Numbered from the stretch's first letter, positions 20,181 to 30,880 are shown. The stretch is 64,000 bases of DNA from Candidatus Brocadiia bacterium (GCA_050015075.1 JBEKCB010000001.1:96001-160000); one strand, 5' to 3'. The notes: generated by a model not told the origin, from the letters alone. Program-made: numbers and translations.

Positions 20181-21149
20181 TCAGGTGTCGCCGTTCGTAA
20201 GGTATTCCTCCACCGCGTCCATGAACTCCTTCTCCGACGAGGCATGGATGACGGCCATGTTGAACGCCTTCCCGCGCGCCAGGTGCTTGGCGTAGTGGCA
20301 CGACTGCTTGCGCATCGAGATCGTGCCGCGCCGTTCGCCCTGGTGCTCGATCAGGCCGCGATAGTGCTCGAGCAGCGCGTCGCGGATCTCCGCCTGGGAC
20401 GCCGGCGGCGTCTCGCGTCCGTCCTCGAGCAGCGCGGCGGCCTGGCGGAAAATCCAGGGGCGGCCGAGCGCGGCCTGGCCGACCGCGACGGCGTCGCAGC
20501 CGGTCTCGCGGAACATGCGCACCGCGTCGGCGGGCGTGTGGATGCCGCCGTTGCCGATGACCGGCATCGAGACGGCGCTCTTGACCTCGGCGATGATGCG
20601 CCAGTCGGGCGGGGCGCTTGAGCTGCCTTCGGCGGGGCGCGGATGGACGCAGATCGCGGCCGCGCCGGCGCCCTCGCAGCGGCGCGCCGTCTCCACCGCC
20701 GTCGGCCGGTCCTTGAAACGGCCGGCGCGGATCTTCACCGTCACCGGCGTCTTCGCGCGCCGGACCATCTGCGCGAGGATCTTCTCGACCTGCTCCGGCT
20801 GGCCCATCAGCGCGCCGCCCATGCCGTCGCTCAGCACCCGGCGCTTGGGGCAACCGCAGTTGAGGTCCACGAGGTCGAAGCCCATCTCGCCGAGCCGCGC
20901 GGCGCCTTCGCCCGCCTCGGCCGGGTCCGCGGCGAGGAGCTGCCCGGCGATCGGGTGCTCGTCCGGCTTGAAGTCCAGCACCTGGAGCGTCGCCGGGATG
21001 CCGCGCAGCAGGTCGCGCGCCTTGATGACCTCCGTGGTCGCCAGCGCCGCCCCGAACCGCCGGCAGATTCGCCGGAACGGCCAACTTGTGTAGGCCGCCA
21101 GCGGCGCGAGGAAGATGCGCCCCGGAATTTCCACCGATGCGATCCGCAT
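20181..21149 (-). CDS. dusB: tRNA-dihydrouridine synthase (DusB-like)
   Basis: LAPLA, DLNCGCP, PVTVKIRAG, VIGNGGI, ALGRPWIF. Confidence 0.85.
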   Translation of the reverse strand: MRIASVEIPGRIFLAPLAAYTSWPFRRICRRFGAALATTEVIKARDLLRGIPATLQVLDFKPDEHPIAGQLLAADPAEAGEGAARLGEMGFDLVDLNCGCPKRRVLSDGMGGALMGQPEQVEKILAQMVRRAKTPVTVKIRAGRFKDRPTAVETARRCEGAGAAAICVHPRPAEGSSSAPPDWRIIAEVKSAVSMPVIGNGGIHTPADAVRMFRETGCDAVAVGQAALGRPWIFRQAAALLEDGRETPPASQAEIRDALLEHYRGLIEHQGERRGTISMRKQSCHYAKHLARGKAFNMAVIHASSEKEFMDAVEEYLTNGDT

Positions 21150-21341
21150 GCCATTTTCCAGTATTCAGGGTCCCTGGACAACGAGGCCGCGGTGCCTAAT
21201 CTACCATAATCAGGCGCGGGCATTGAAGGCCGATCAGGCGGCCCGGTGGCCGATTCGCGTTGCCTTGCGGGCGCTCTTGTGGTAAAAAACGGGTTCAGCG
21301 CGCCGCGGCGGCGAAGGCGGGCTTCTTTCAAGGACGGCGAA

Positions 21342-22259
21342 ATGAACGGGCGGCCCCAGGATTTCATGAGCGTCGGAATCATTCACTTCATGGCCTTCCC
21401 GGAAGCGGGCCGGGGCGAAGGGCCGATCGTGGAGACGCTCAAGACGCTCTGCGACGACGAATACTTCCAGGTGATCGAGGTGACGGCCGTCCGCGACGCC
21501 GCGGTGCGGCAGCGGGCGATCCAGCTCGTGGCCGATTCCGGCAAGAAGGTCGCCTTCGGCGCGCAGCCGGTCCTGCTGGCCGGCCGGCATGACCTGAACT
21601 CGACCGATCCCCGCGTGCGGCAGGCGGCGCTGGACGCGGTCCGCGCCTTGATCCCGCAGGCGAAAGAGTGGGGCGCGTGCAGCTTTGCGGTGATGAGCGG
21701 GCCGGACCCGGGCGAGGCGAAGCGCCCGCTCGCAAAAACGATGCTCTGCGCCTCGCTCAAGGAACTGTGCGAGTTCTCCCGCCGGGCCGGCGGGCCGCCG
21801 GTGCTGCTGGAGACTTTCGACCGCGCCGGCTTCGGCAAGAACTGCCTCATCGGCCCGACCGACGAGGCCGCCTGGGTCGCCGACCGCGTTTATCCTTATT
21901 ACCGCAGTTTCGGGCTGGTGCTCGACCTGAGCCACCTGCCGCTCCTCGGCGAGACGCCCGACCACGCGCTGAAGACCGTCCAGCAGGACCTGCGCCACGT
22001 TCACATCGGGAACTGCGTGCTGCGCGACAAGTCCCATCCGGCGTACGGCGACCAGCACCCGATGTTCGGCATCCCCGAAGGTGAAAACGGCGTGGAGCAG
22101 TTGGCTGCGTTCCTCAAAGTGCTCCTCGAAATCCGCTACATCGGCGAGTCAAAGCGCAACATCGTGTCGTTCGAGGTGAAGCCGTTCGGCGATCAAACCT
22201 CCGCGCAAGTGCTTGAGAATGCGAAGGTTACGCTCGACGCGGCGTGGAAGGCGTTGTGA
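21342..22259 (+). CDS. Sugar-phosphate isomerase/epimerase (AP_endonuc_2 TIM barrel) family
   Basis: LLETFD, LDLSHLPL, HVHIGN, SFEVKP metal-ligand pattern. Confidence 0.75.
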   Translation: MNGRPQDFMSVGIIHFMAFPEAGRGEGPIVETLKTLCDDEYFQVIEVTAVRDAAVRQRAIQLVADSGKKVAFGAQPVLLAGRHDLNSTDPRVRQAALDAVRALIPQAKEWGACSFAVMSGPDPGEAKRPLAKTMLCASLKELCEFSRRAGGPPVLLETFDRAGFGKNCLIGPTDEAAWVADRVYPYYRSFGLVLDLSHLPLLGETPDHALKTVQQDLRHVHIGNCVLRDKSHPAYGDQHPMFGIPEGENGVEQLAAFLKVLLEIRYIGESKRNIVSFEVKPFGDQTSAQVLENAKVTLDAAWKAL

Positions 22260-22345
22260 CGGGGCGTCCGAGCAGCGACTGCGGGCGCTGCTGAACTCCC
22301 GCAGCCGGCGGTGGAACCAAAGCTCCGGCCCAGGCGTCTAATAAA

Positions 22346-22990
22346 ATGTCCGAAGCGAGCGCCGAATTACGGCTGAATGAAGCCGCCGTGAAGCGTACCG
22401 ACGCGGATCTGGCGACGGCCAGCAGCGCGGGCGACCCGGCGGCGTTCGGCGAGCTGGTCCTGCGCCACCAGGACCGCGCGTTCAACCTGGCGCTCCGGCT
22501 GACCGGCAGCCCGGAAGACGCGGCGGACGCGGTGCAGGAGGCGTTCCTCAAGGCGTACCGGGGAATGCCGTCGTTCCGGCGGCAGTCTTCGTTCTACACG
22601 TGGCTGTTTCGCATCCTGGTGAACGAGGTGCGCAGCCGCCGGCGGTCCGGGTCGGCGCGGGTTTTGAGTTTCAGCCTCGACGCGGCGGGCGGCCGGAGCG
22701 CGGAACGCGGCGACCCGGCGGAAGGGCCGGCGGGACTCCAGTCCAACGGGCCGGACCCTTCGGAGCAGGCCAGCCTGGCGGAGCGCAGACAGATCGTGGA
22801 AGAGGCGCTGCAGTCGCTCGAGTTCGACCAGCGCGCGATCATCGCGCTGCGAGACATCGAAGGCCGCGATTACGCGGAAATCGCCGAGGTGCTCGGCTGT
22901 CCGCAGGGAACGGTGAAGTCCAGGCTCCACCGGGCGCGGATGGCGCTCAAAGACGTACTCGCGCCGAAACTCGGCCCGGCGCCTCAATGA
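22346..22990 (+). CDS. ECF RNA polymerase sigma factor
   Basis: DAVQEAFLKAY, FYTWLFRI, YAEIAEVLGCPQGTVKSRLHRAR. Confidence 0.93.
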   Translation: MSEASAELRLNEAAVKRTDADLATASSAGDPAAFGELVLRHQDRAFNLALRLTGSPEDAADAVQEAFLKAYRGMPSFRRQSSFYTWLFRILVNEVRSRRRSGSARVLSFSLDAAGGRSAERGDPAEGPAGLQSNGPDPSEQASLAERRQIVEEALQSLEFDQRAIIALRDIEGRDYAEIAEVLGCPQGTVKSRLHRARMALKDVLAPKLGPAPQ

Positions 22991-23015
22991 GTGGCGCGCA
23001 GCAAGAGGTATCGCG

Positions 23016-24257
23016 ATGAATTGTGAAAAAGTGATCGGGCAATTCTCCGCTTACCTCGACGGCCAACTGACCGTCGCGGAGAGGGAAGCGGTGCGCTCGC
23101 ACATCGCCGACTGCGCGCGATGCCGCGAAGAGCTGGATGCCCTCGCTCGCACGGTGTACGCGGTTGCCGATCTGCCGCGCCTCCGCGCGCCTGCGGACCT
23201 GCGCGATCAAGTCATGTCGAACCTCGATCGTGCCGCGCCGGCGGAGGCGCACCAGCCGCGGTGGCGCATGTATTGGGGCGCCGCAGCGGCCGTCGGCTTC
23301 GCCGTCGTCATCATGCTCCTGACGAGGCAGGCGACGCCTCGCCGAGCCGGGCCCGAAGCGGTCGCGCTCGCCGGGAAAAATGCCGAAACCGGCGAAGTCG
23401 CCCTGGCCGAAAGAGGCGGTTCCGGCGGGGCGAAAGGCGCTGACGAGAAGCTCTTACGGAAGGCGGCGAACGTCGAGCCGATCGGCGGGACGGCGGATTC
23501 CCTGAAGGCTTCTCAATTGGAAGCCACACCGGTCGCGACGGTGTCGAGCGGGCAGATCGTCGCCATCGCGCCGGTGTCCAGCGAGCAGATCGTCCTCCCG
23601 TCCGCGAATCCTCGGGCCGCTTATTTCAACGCGGTCCGCGTCGCCGCCAAGGGCGGCTGGCTGCCGGCCGAGCTGCAGAAGCGCGCGGCGGACGGCGAGC
23701 TATTGAAGTCCGCCGATGCGGAGCAACGCGCGCACCAGGATCAAGTGCTGCAGCTTGCGTTCAGTCTTAAGCGCAGCCAGGTGCCGGCCCTGAGGAACGC
23801 GCTGGCCGTCGCCGGTTTGCAGGCCGCCGAGGAGAAAAACGACCGGGGCGAAGAGGCGCAACCGACCAACGAGGGCGTGCCGTCGCTCGCATTTGCGCCC
23901 GCACGCCGCGATTTGGACTCAGCGAGCAACGTCGCGCCGGCGGAGTCGCACTTCGGCTTTAAAGATCGCAGCGCGGCGGCGAATCCGGCGACCGCCGCCG
24001 CGAATGCTCCGGCCCGTGCGGCGATGAAGGCGCCCGAGGGTGCCGCCGGCGCAGAGGCCGCGGCGCCCCGGCAGTCCATGGCGCTGGCGCAGAAGAAAGC
24101 TGGACCGGCCGAAGCCGCGACGCCGCAGCAGGCGCAGAAAGCCGAAGCCGCTGAAGAGCCGCTCGTCCAAGTGACCTTGCTGTTCCCGCTCGCGGAAAGC
24201 CCCGTTCCGGCGGCGGCGCCGGCAGCCGGCGCCGCGAACTCGGGCACGCCTGAATGA
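23016..24257 (+). CDS. Zinc-finger (zf-HC2) transmembrane anti-sigma factor
   Basis: SAYLDG..HIADCARC (HxxxCxxC), TM segment, Ala-rich tail; directly after the ECF sigma. Confidence 0.85.
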   Translation: MNCEKVIGQFSAYLDGQLTVAEREAVRSHIADCARCREELDALARTVYAVADLPRLRAPADLRDQVMSNLDRAAPAEAHQPRWRMYWGAAAAVGFAVVIMLLTRQATPRRAGPEAVALAGKNAETGEVALAERGGSGGAKGADEKLLRKAANVEPIGGTADSLKASQLEATPVATVSSGQIVAIAPVSSEQIVLPSANPRAAYFNAVRVAAKGGWLPAELQKRAADGELLKSADAEQRAHQDQVLQLAFSLKRSQVPALRNALAVAGLQAAEEKNDRGEEAQPTNEGVPSLAFAPARRDLDSASNVAPAESHFGFKDRSAAANPATAAANAPARAAMKAPEGAAGAEAAAPRQSMALAQKKAGPAEAATPQQAQKAEAAEEPLVQVTLLFPLAESPVPAAAPAAGAANSGTPE

Positions 24258-24348
24258 GCCGCCGCGCGCTCGTCGCGCTTGATCGCGGCTCTGCCGTTCC
24301 GCATAATGTCCTCCGCGCAAGGCAAGCCCCGAGTCGGAGATAGGGCCG

Positions 24349-25143
24349 ATGAAAGCCGTCTTTCTTTCGGACGCGCACATCCTGGACCACGCGGACCCGA
24401 ACCTGCCGCCGCTGCTCGGCTTCCTCGAGCACCTGACGGGGCGCGCGGAGCGCCTCTACATCGTGGGCGATCTTTTCGACACCTGGTTCGCGTTCCCGCG
24501 GGCGGTGTTCGACGAGTATGTGCCGCTGCTCGGCGCGATCGAGAGACTCAAGCGGTCCGGGACGCGGATCGTCTACGTGACGGGCAATCACGATTTCGAG
24601 CTCGGGGATTTTTTCGAGCGGTTCCTCGAGGCGGAGATCCACGACACGCAGTTCGTGCTCGAGGAGGACGGCCGCCGGGCGTTCGTCGCCCACGGTGACA
24701 TGGTGAACCCCCATGATCGGAAGTACCGCCGGCTGCGGAGAATCCTCCGCGCCCGCCCTGTGCGATGGCTCGGCAGGAACCTGCCGCCTTCCTGGGTCTG
24801 GCGGGTCGCCGGCCGGCTCACCGTCCGCTGCACCGGCGACGAGGTCGCCGCGCGCGTTCCGATGAAGGAGATCTTCCGCGAATATGCCGAGGACCTGCAC
24901 CGCCGCGGCTTCGACACGGTGATCCTGGGGCATCTGCACCTGCCGCAGTTCGAGCAGCGGGCCGCCGCGGCGCGCCTCGACTTGCCGCCGGCCGCGGCGA
25001 ACCGCGAACCGCCCGCGCAGACCTACGCGAACCTCGGCGATTGGGTGCGCTGGCGCACTTTTCTGCGCTGGGAAGAGGGTCGGCTGGAGCTCCGGCAGTG
25101 GAGTTGGCCGGAAGCCGTCGAACGCCCGTTCCAGCCCGGATGA
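24349..25143 (+). CDS. lpxH: UDP-2,3-diacylglucosamine diphosphatase-like metallophosphoesterase
   Basis: FLSDAH, GDLFD, GNHD, AHGD, GHLH, NLGDW. Confidence 0.8.
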   Translation: MKAVFLSDAHILDHADPNLPPLLGFLEHLTGRAERLYIVGDLFDTWFAFPRAVFDEYVPLLGAIERLKRSGTRIVYVTGNHDFELGDFFERFLEAEIHDTQFVLEEDGRRAFVAHGDMVNPHDRKYRRLRRILRARPVRWLGRNLPPSWVWRVAGRLTVRCTGDEVAARVPMKEIFREYAEDLHRRGFDTVILGHLHLPQFEQRAAAARLDLPPAAANREPPAQTYANLGDWVRWRTFLRWEEGRLELRQWSWPEAVERPFQPG

Positions 25144-25194
25144 ACCTCCGCGGTCCGCGCGGCGTGTCCTTCGCCGGGCGCGGCTCCGCAGCGA

Positions 25195-25233
25195 ATTAAA
25201 AAAGCGAGGCAGGCCCTTGCAGGCCTGCCTCGC
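25195..25233 (-). terminator. Rho-independent terminator
   Basis: Perfect 12-bp stem GCGAGGCAGGCC/GGCCTGCCTCGC followed by T6 on the minus strand. Confidence 0.85.
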
Positions 25234-25256
25234 CGCTTACGCACGCGTACACGTCA

Positions 25257-26153
25257 CTATTGCTGCAACTGAGAATACTGGTTGTAGGATCCGTAGAGAA
25301 GCGTGTTGCAGTTGACCAGGTAAGCGTCGGTGTCGGCGTTCCAATAGACCTGACCGGCGCCAGAGGTACCGTACGCGATGTTGCTCACGCCGCCCTCGAC
25401 GAAGATGTTGTCAATGGGGTCGTTGGAGACGTAGTTCGCCGTCTTCCACTCGACGCTCCCATCCACATAAAGGACGTTCTGTCCACCATCATGGTTCTGG
25501 TCGGACGTGTCGTGATTACTCTGCCACGAACCATCCCAGTCAGACATGATCGCCATGTTGGACACGGCGGCCTGGTAGATGCGCGGGTCGTAGCCGTAGC
25601 TGCTCGCCCTGACTTGTGCATTGATGATGCTGACAGGCAGGTTGCTCGTCAGGGTCCAGTTGCGCTGCGACCACAAGAACAACGGCTGGTTCTGCTGGAA
25701 CGTTCCGCTCGTGACGACAGTCGTGATGCCGAAGGGCGTGTTCACCACGAACGAGGGCGCATCTTCAGTAGACGGGCACTTGAAGATCCTCGGCGTGCTG
25801 ATGTACTGCGGATAGAGGCATCCAAGGCTTGTGCCAGGATCACACATCGCTGCGGTATTCCCCTGACCGGGAACCGTGGTGTACGTCTGGAGGGCGCCCC
25901 ACTGGCCGATATACGGCTGCGGGCCACCCGGTCCACTGGCCGGACCCCAGGCGAACGGGAATGAATCCCCGTAGTTCTGGGTATAGGCAGCTATGCCTTT
26001 GCCGACCTGCGACAGGTTCTCCTTGCAGTTGGCCTTTCGTGCCTCTTCACGCGCCCTTGCTAATGCCGGCAGTAACATACCGGCGAGAATAGCAATGATA
26101 GCGATCACGACCAAGAGCTCGATCAGAGTAAATGCTGATAGCCACTTTCTCAT
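25257..26153 (-). CDS. Prepilin-type N-terminal / H-X9-DG (DUF1559-like) protein
   Basis: A|[54 protein letters not shown]; strong AGGAGGT RBS. Confidence 0.92.
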   Translation of the reverse strand: MRKWLSAFTLIELLVVIAIIAILAGMLLPALARAREEARKANCKENLSQVGKGIAAYTQNYGDSFPFAWGPASGPGGPQPYIGQWGALQTYTTVPGQGNTAAMCDPGTSLGCLYPQYISTPRIFKCPSTEDAPSFVVNTPFGITTVVTSGTFQQNQPLFLWSQRNWTLTSNLPVSIINAQVRASSYGYDPRIYQAAVSNMAIMSDWDGSWQSNHDTSDQNHDGGQNVLYVDGSVEWKTANYVSNDPIDNIFVEGGVSNIAYGTSGAGQVYWNADTDAYLVNCNTLLYGSYNQYSQLQQ

Positions 26154-26225
26154 TTGATTTCACCTCCTCTCCATTTTTTTCCTTAACATCCCCTGCCATG
26201 CTTCTGAGACACCCCAAGCGGGTGT

Positions 26226-26253
26226 ATTATAGCTCGCCCCAATGCCATGTCAA
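26226..26253 (-). promoter_or_regulatory. Consensus sigma70 promoter of the pilin-like gene
   Basis: Minus strand TTGACA-16 nt-TATAAT. Confidence 0.7.
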
Positions 26254-26304
26254 CAGAAATTTCACAAAAATCTGGCCCGCGCGACGGTGCCGCCCAGGCC
26301 CGTC

Positions 26305-26333
26305 TTGAGAACGGATCGGAGGGGCCGTATAAT
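26305..26333 (+). promoter_or_regulatory. Sigma70 promoter of the TPR/GT-C operon
   Basis: TTGAGA-17 nt-TATAAT; in-frame ATG at 26340. Confidence 0.6.
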
Positions 26334-26339
26334 GCGCTC

Positions 26340-28229
26340 ATGCCGGCTGGCGAAACTGGACGTGCCAGTTCCGCAACGACCCTTCGGCCCGGTGCAGCGG
26401 CCTTGACCATGCCTTCAACCCCTGTCTGTCAAGCGATCACAGGCCGTGAACCTCCCGCGGAACCGCGCCGCCGCGCCTTGCTGGCGGTCGCCATCGTGGC
26501 GGTCACGCTGCTGGCTTACATTCCGGCAATGCGCGGCGGGTTCTTCTGGGACGACGAAATCTTTCTCACGCACAATAAGCTCATCGCGTCCGCGGATGGG
26601 CTCCGCCAATTCTGGTTGACGACGCAGGCGCCGGACTATTTCCCGCTCACCTCCAGCGTGCTCTGGGTCGAATGGCGGCTCTGGGGAAACCATGCCGCAG
26701 GCTACCACGTCGTCAACGTGCTGCTTCATGCGCTCGCCGCGGTGCTGCTCTGGCGAGTGCTGCTGCGGCTGCGCATTCCCGGCGCGTGGCTGGCCGGGCT
26801 TCTCCTGGGCGTCCATCCGGTGGCCGCGGCTTCCGCCGCATGGATCGCCGAGCTGAAGAACACCCTGGCCATGGTCCTTTATCTCCTGTCGCTTCTGGCC
26901 TGGCTGGCGTACGACGAGCGCGGCGGATGGCGATTGTACGTTCCGGCGCTTGCGCTGTTTCTGCTGGCGCTGCTGGCGAAGACCTCGGTGGTCATGCTGC
27001 CGCTGGTCCTGCTGCTGTGCGCCTGGTGGCGGCGTGGAGAAGTTTCCAGGAAGGACCTCGTGCGCAGCGCGCCGTTCTTCGCGCTGTCGCTGGCGTTGGG
27101 ACTGGCGACGATCTGGTTCCAGCGATATAGGTCCATCGGCTCCGGTGAAATCGTCCAGCCCGAGGACGTGGCCTCGCGCGTTGCCGCGGCCGGGTGGATC
27201 GTCTGGTTTTACCTTTTCAAGCTCCTGCTGCCGGCGGGCCTCTGCGTCATCTATCCGCGCTGGAGCGTTGACGGCTCGAGCGCGCTCGCATTTCTGCCGC
27301 TCGCCCTTCTGATCGCCGTTGCGGCATGGCTCTGGGCGAACCGGAAAAGCTGGGGCCGCGGGCCGCTCTTCGCGCTGGCGTACTTCACCATCACGCTGTT
27401 GCCGGTGCTCGGGTGGGTGGATATGGCGTTCCTGAGGTTCTCGCTGGTCGCCGACCATCTCCAATACACGGCGATGATCGGGGTCATTGCGTTGGTCTCC
27501 GGCGTCGCGGCCTCCGCCGGTTCGATAAGCCGGCCGAAGGGCTTGGCGAGCAAGCTTGCGGCCGCCGCGTGTGTGGCGGTCCTGGGAGTCCTGACCTGGG
27601 ATCGCGCCGCGCTCTATGCCGACGAGCCGAGCCTTTGGCAGGACAACCTGGCCCGGAACCCTTCGGCCTCAATCGCCTGGGACAACCTGGGGCTCGCGCG
27701 CAGCCGCGTGGGCCGATACGACGAAGCGGTACGGTGCTTCGACCGGGAGCTTGAATTGTCCTCCAGCCGCGCCAAAGTGTACAACAACCGCGCGCTCGCT
27801 TACGCCGGGATGGGCCGCTACGATCTGGCTGTCAGTGACTACGACAGGGCTCTCGCCTTGGACCCGCGCCTCGACAGGGCCTGGAACAACCTCGCGCTCG
27901 CCCGCATTGCCCTGCGCCAGTACGACCTGGCCGTCCGCGACTGCACGCAGGCGATACTATTGAACGCCGATTATATGGAGGCCTATTACACGCGCGCCAC
28001 CGCCTGGCAGGACGCCGGCCGCTCCGCCGAGGCCGTTCAGGACTACGACCAGGTCATCGCTCTGAAGCCGGACTTCGCCGAGGCGTACAATAATCGCGCC
28101 GTCGCCCATTATCGGTTGAAGGCTTACGACAAGGCCTGGGCGGATGTGAAAATGTTTGTGCAGTTGGGCGGACAGCCCAATCCCGAATTCATCAAGGCGC
28201 TGAACCAGGCCGCAGGGAACGTGAAGTAG
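26340..28229 (+). CDS. TMTC-like GT-C membrane protein with TPR repeats (putative O-mannosyltransferase)
   Basis: FFWDD loop motif, GYHVVNVLLH, HPV, AKTS, ADHLQY, multiple TMs then TPRs. Start uncertain (26340 or 26409). Confidence 0.8.
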   Translation: MPAGETGRASSATTLRPGAAALTMPSTPVCQAITGREPPAEPRRRALLAVAIVAVTLLAYIPAMRGGFFWDDEIFLTHNKLIASADGLRQFWLTTQAPDYFPLTSSVLWVEWRLWGNHAAGYHVVNVLLHALAAVLLWRVLLRLRIPGAWLAGLLLGVHPVAAASAAWIAELKNTLAMVLYLLSLLAWLAYDERGGWRLYVPALALFLLALLAKTSVVMLPLVLLLCAWWRRGEVSRKDLVRSAPFFALSLALGLATIWFQRYRSIGSGEIVQPEDVASRVAAAGWIVWFYLFKLLLPAGLCVIYPRWSVDGSSALAFLPLALLIAVAAWLWANRKSWGRGPLFALAYFTITLLPVLGWVDMAFLRFSLVADHLQYTAMIGVIALVSGVAASAGSISRPKGLASKLAAAACVAVLGVLTWDRAALYADEPSLWQDNLARNPSASIAWDNLGLARSRVGRYDEAVRCFDRELELSSSRAKVYNNRALAYAGMGRYDLAVSDYDRALALDPRLDRAWNNLALARIALRQYDLAVRDCTQAILLNADYMEAYYTRATAWQDAGRSAEAVQDYDQVIALKPDFAEAYNNRAVAHYRLKAYDKAWADVKMFVQLGGQPNPEFIKALNQAAGNVK

Positions 28230-28230
28230 C

Positions 28231-30414
28231 GTGGAACCCGATATCGGAACCGAGAATCTTTTCGCGCGACGGCGATTCCTTTGGGCTGCGCTGGCCATCG
28301 TCGTCGCGGCGGCGGCGGCGTATTTCAACAGTCTCCACGGTGTCTTCGTCTTTGACGACAAGACCAGTATCGTGGAGAACCCCGTCATCCGCCAACTCTG
28401 GCCGCTCGGGCCTGTCTTCCGCGGGCCCAGGCCGGTGGCGGATCTGACGTTCGCCGCCAACTACGCAATCGGCGATTTCCACGTGATCGGGTACCACCTC
28501 GTCAACCTCGCCGTGCACATCCTCGCTGCCTTGACGCTCTTCGGGATCGTCCGCCGGACGCTCTCTCTTCCGCCCCTGGCGGAACGGTTCGGCTCGGCCG
28601 CGTCCGCGCTGGCGCTGGCCGTGGCGCTCCTCTGGATGGTCCACCCGCTGCAGACCGAATCGGTGACTTATATCGTCCAGCGCGCCGAATCGCTGATGGG
28701 ACTGTTCTACCTGCTTGCGCTCTACTGCGCGATTCGCGGCTTCTCCTCGCCGAACCATCGAGGGCCGTGGCATGCGGCCGCCGTCGCGGCCTGCGCTCTC
28801 GGCATGGGCGTCAAACCTGTGATGGTCTCCGCGCCGCTCGTCATCCTCGCGTACGATCGCCTCTTCATGAGCCCCTCGTTGAAAGCGGCGCTGCGGCGTT
28901 CCGCACCGCTGTACCTGGGCCTCGCGGCCACATGGCTGATCCTGGCTCTTCTGGTCTCGCGATATCCGGCCCAGCAGCCCACCGCCGGGTTCGGGATGGA
29001 GCTGCTGACGCCATGGCAGTACGCGCGGACGCAATTTGGCGTCATTGTCCATTACCTCGCGCTGTCGTTCCGGCCGTGGCCGCTGTGCCTTGATTACGGC
29101 TGGCCGGTCGCCTGGGACGTGCGGGACATTCTGCCGCCGGCGTTGCTCGTGCTGGCGCTCGCCGGCGCGACGATCGCCTGTCTGTGGCGCGCTTCGCCGC
29201 TGGCGTTTCCGGGCGTCTGGTTCTTCCTCATTCTGGCGCCGACCTCGAGCATCATGCCGATCCACGACCTGTGCTTTGAGCATCGCATGTACCTGCCGCT
29301 GGCGGCGGTGGTCGCATTGGCGGTCACGGGCGCGTACGTCCTGGGCCGGCGCGCGCTCGAGCTCGCTGTCCCCGCCGAACGCCGCGAGTCCCGCCGGCGG
29401 CTCGGGACGGCGATCGCCGTGATTTCCTGCCTGGTGGTCGCCGGATTCCTGGGCGGCCTGACGTTCCTGCGCAATCAGCTTTATGAGAACGAGGCGACGA
29501 TCTGGAAGGACGTCACGATCCATCGCCCGCGGAACGCGCGGGCCTTCTACAACCTCGGCGCCGCCCTGGTCAATCAAAACCGGAACGAGGAGGCCATCCC
29601 GTATCTCCTCCATGCGCTCGAGATCAAACAGGGCTACCCCGCCACGCGCGAGAACCTGGGCTTGACGCTCACCGAGGCCGGACGCGCCGGCGCTCACAAC
29701 GCGTTGGGCATAGCGCTTTCGGAACTCGGGCGGTTCGATGAAGCGATGGGGCACTTCGCCGAGGGGTTGGCCTTGCAGCCGAATGACGCCTCCGCGCAGT
29801 GCCATTTCGGGAATACGCTCGTCGCGCTCGGGAAAGCGCCGGAGGCTGTCGCCCACTATCGCGAAGCGATCCAGTTGCGGCCGGAATTCGCCGACGCGCA
29901 CTACAACCTCGCGAGGGCGCTCGCCGACCAGGGACGACCGGACGAAGCGGTCATCGAGTACGAACAGACGCTCCAGTTGGCGCCCGCTAACGGCCAGGCG
30001 CACAATAACCTCGGACGGCTTCTGGCGCTCCAAGGCCGGCCGGCCGAGGCGATCGCGCACTACCGGGAAGCTCTCCGGCTCCTGCCGGCTGCGCCGGTCG
30101 TGCAGGCGAATCTGGCGTGGCTCCGGGCCACGTGCGCAGACCCAAAGTTTCGCGACGCCGGCGAGGCGCTGCGCCTCGCCCGCGAGCAGGCCGGCGCCGG
30201 GACCGCCCGCGCGCTCGACGTGCTGGCAGCGGCCTGCGCGGAAGCAGGATTCTTCGACGAGGCCGTCACCGCCGCGCGCCAGGCGATCCAGGCCGCCGAC
30301 CGGGGCGGAAAGAAGACCTCGTCGGCGGAAATTCAAGACCGCCTCAAGCTTTACGAATCCCACAGGCCATACCGGGAGCCGGTCGCCGCGCAAGCACCTC
30401 GGATCGAGTCGTGA
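28231..30414 (+). CDS. TMTC-like GT-C membrane protein with TPR repeats
   Basis: FVFDD, RPV, GYHLVNLAVH, HPLQTESVTYIVQR, EHRMYLP, many TPRs. Confidence 0.82.
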   Translation: MEPDIGTENLFARRRFLWAALAIVVAAAAAYFNSLHGVFVFDDKTSIVENPVIRQLWPLGPVFRGPRPVADLTFAANYAIGDFHVIGYHLVNLAVHILAALTLFGIVRRTLSLPPLAERFGSAASALALAVALLWMVHPLQTESVTYIVQRAESLMGLFYLLALYCAIRGFSSPNHRGPWHAAAVAACALGMGVKPVMVSAPLVILAYDRLFMSPSLKAALRRSAPLYLGLAATWLILALLVSRYPAQQPTAGFGMELLTPWQYARTQFGVIVHYLALSFRPWPLCLDYGWPVAWDVRDILPPALLVLALAGATIACLWRASPLAFPGVWFFLILAPTSSIMPIHDLCFEHRMYLPLAAVVALAVTGAYVLGRRALELAVPAERRESRRRLGTAIAVISCLVVAGFLGGLTFLRNQLYENEATIWKDVTIHRPRNARAFYNLGAALVNQNRNEEAIPYLLHALEIKQGYPATRENLGLTLTEAGRAGAHNALGIALSELGRFDEAMGHFAEGLALQPNDASAQCHFGNTLVALGKAPEAVAHYREAIQLRPEFADAHYNLARALADQGRPDEAVIEYEQTLQLAPANGQAHNNLGRLLALQGRPAEAIAHYREALRLLPAAPVVQANLAWLRATCADPKFRDAGEALRLAREQAGAGTARALDVLAAACAEAGFFDEAVTAARQAIQAADRGGKKTSSAEIQDRLKLYESHRPYREPVAAQAPRIES

Positions 30415-30675
30415 CCCGGCGCATGAGCGCCGTCTTGCTCCTCTGCGTTCTCGCCACCGCCGCCGGCAACGCTGCGCCGGCCGTGACATAACCGACTGCC
30501 GCCCTGCGCCTTACGACACGTCAAGCGCCTCACGGCCGTTCGACGAGCTCGCCTGTCACGCCACGAGTTCCCCTGCGCCCAAACTGGCGCAACAGCACCC
30601 GGCTAATCTCCGCGCGTTGCGCCAGCCACGCATCTCACGTGCTCCGGCGCCACATCGCCCCGCGGCTAAACTACG

Positions 30676-30839
30676 GTTCATAATCTGAACACCTGCCCGC
30701 GCGCCCGACGCTCGCGCCCTTTTCGGTCCGATGTTCATATTATGAACGCGCCTTCACCGGCCCCCGTCCCGGCCCCCGTCCCGGCCGCCTTCGAACGCAT
30801 GATGTTCATGGAATGAACGCGTTAGTTCACTATCTGAAC
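30676..30839. promoter_or_regulatory. Cluster of four GTTCA-N5-TGAAC palindromes (putative protein-binding sites)
   Basis: 30676 GTTCATAATCTGAAC; 30733 GTTCATATTATGAAC; 30804 GTTCATGGAATGAAC; 30825 GTTCACTATCTGAAC. Confidence 0.6.
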
Positions 30840-30880
30840 ACTCCGAATTGCAGGAACCATGCGCCTCCGCTCTTGATCGG

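Noticed and set aside
30676-30839. LexA SOS boxes
   Set aside because: GTTC-N7-GAAC does not match the LexA box geometries I know, and no SOS gene starts here.
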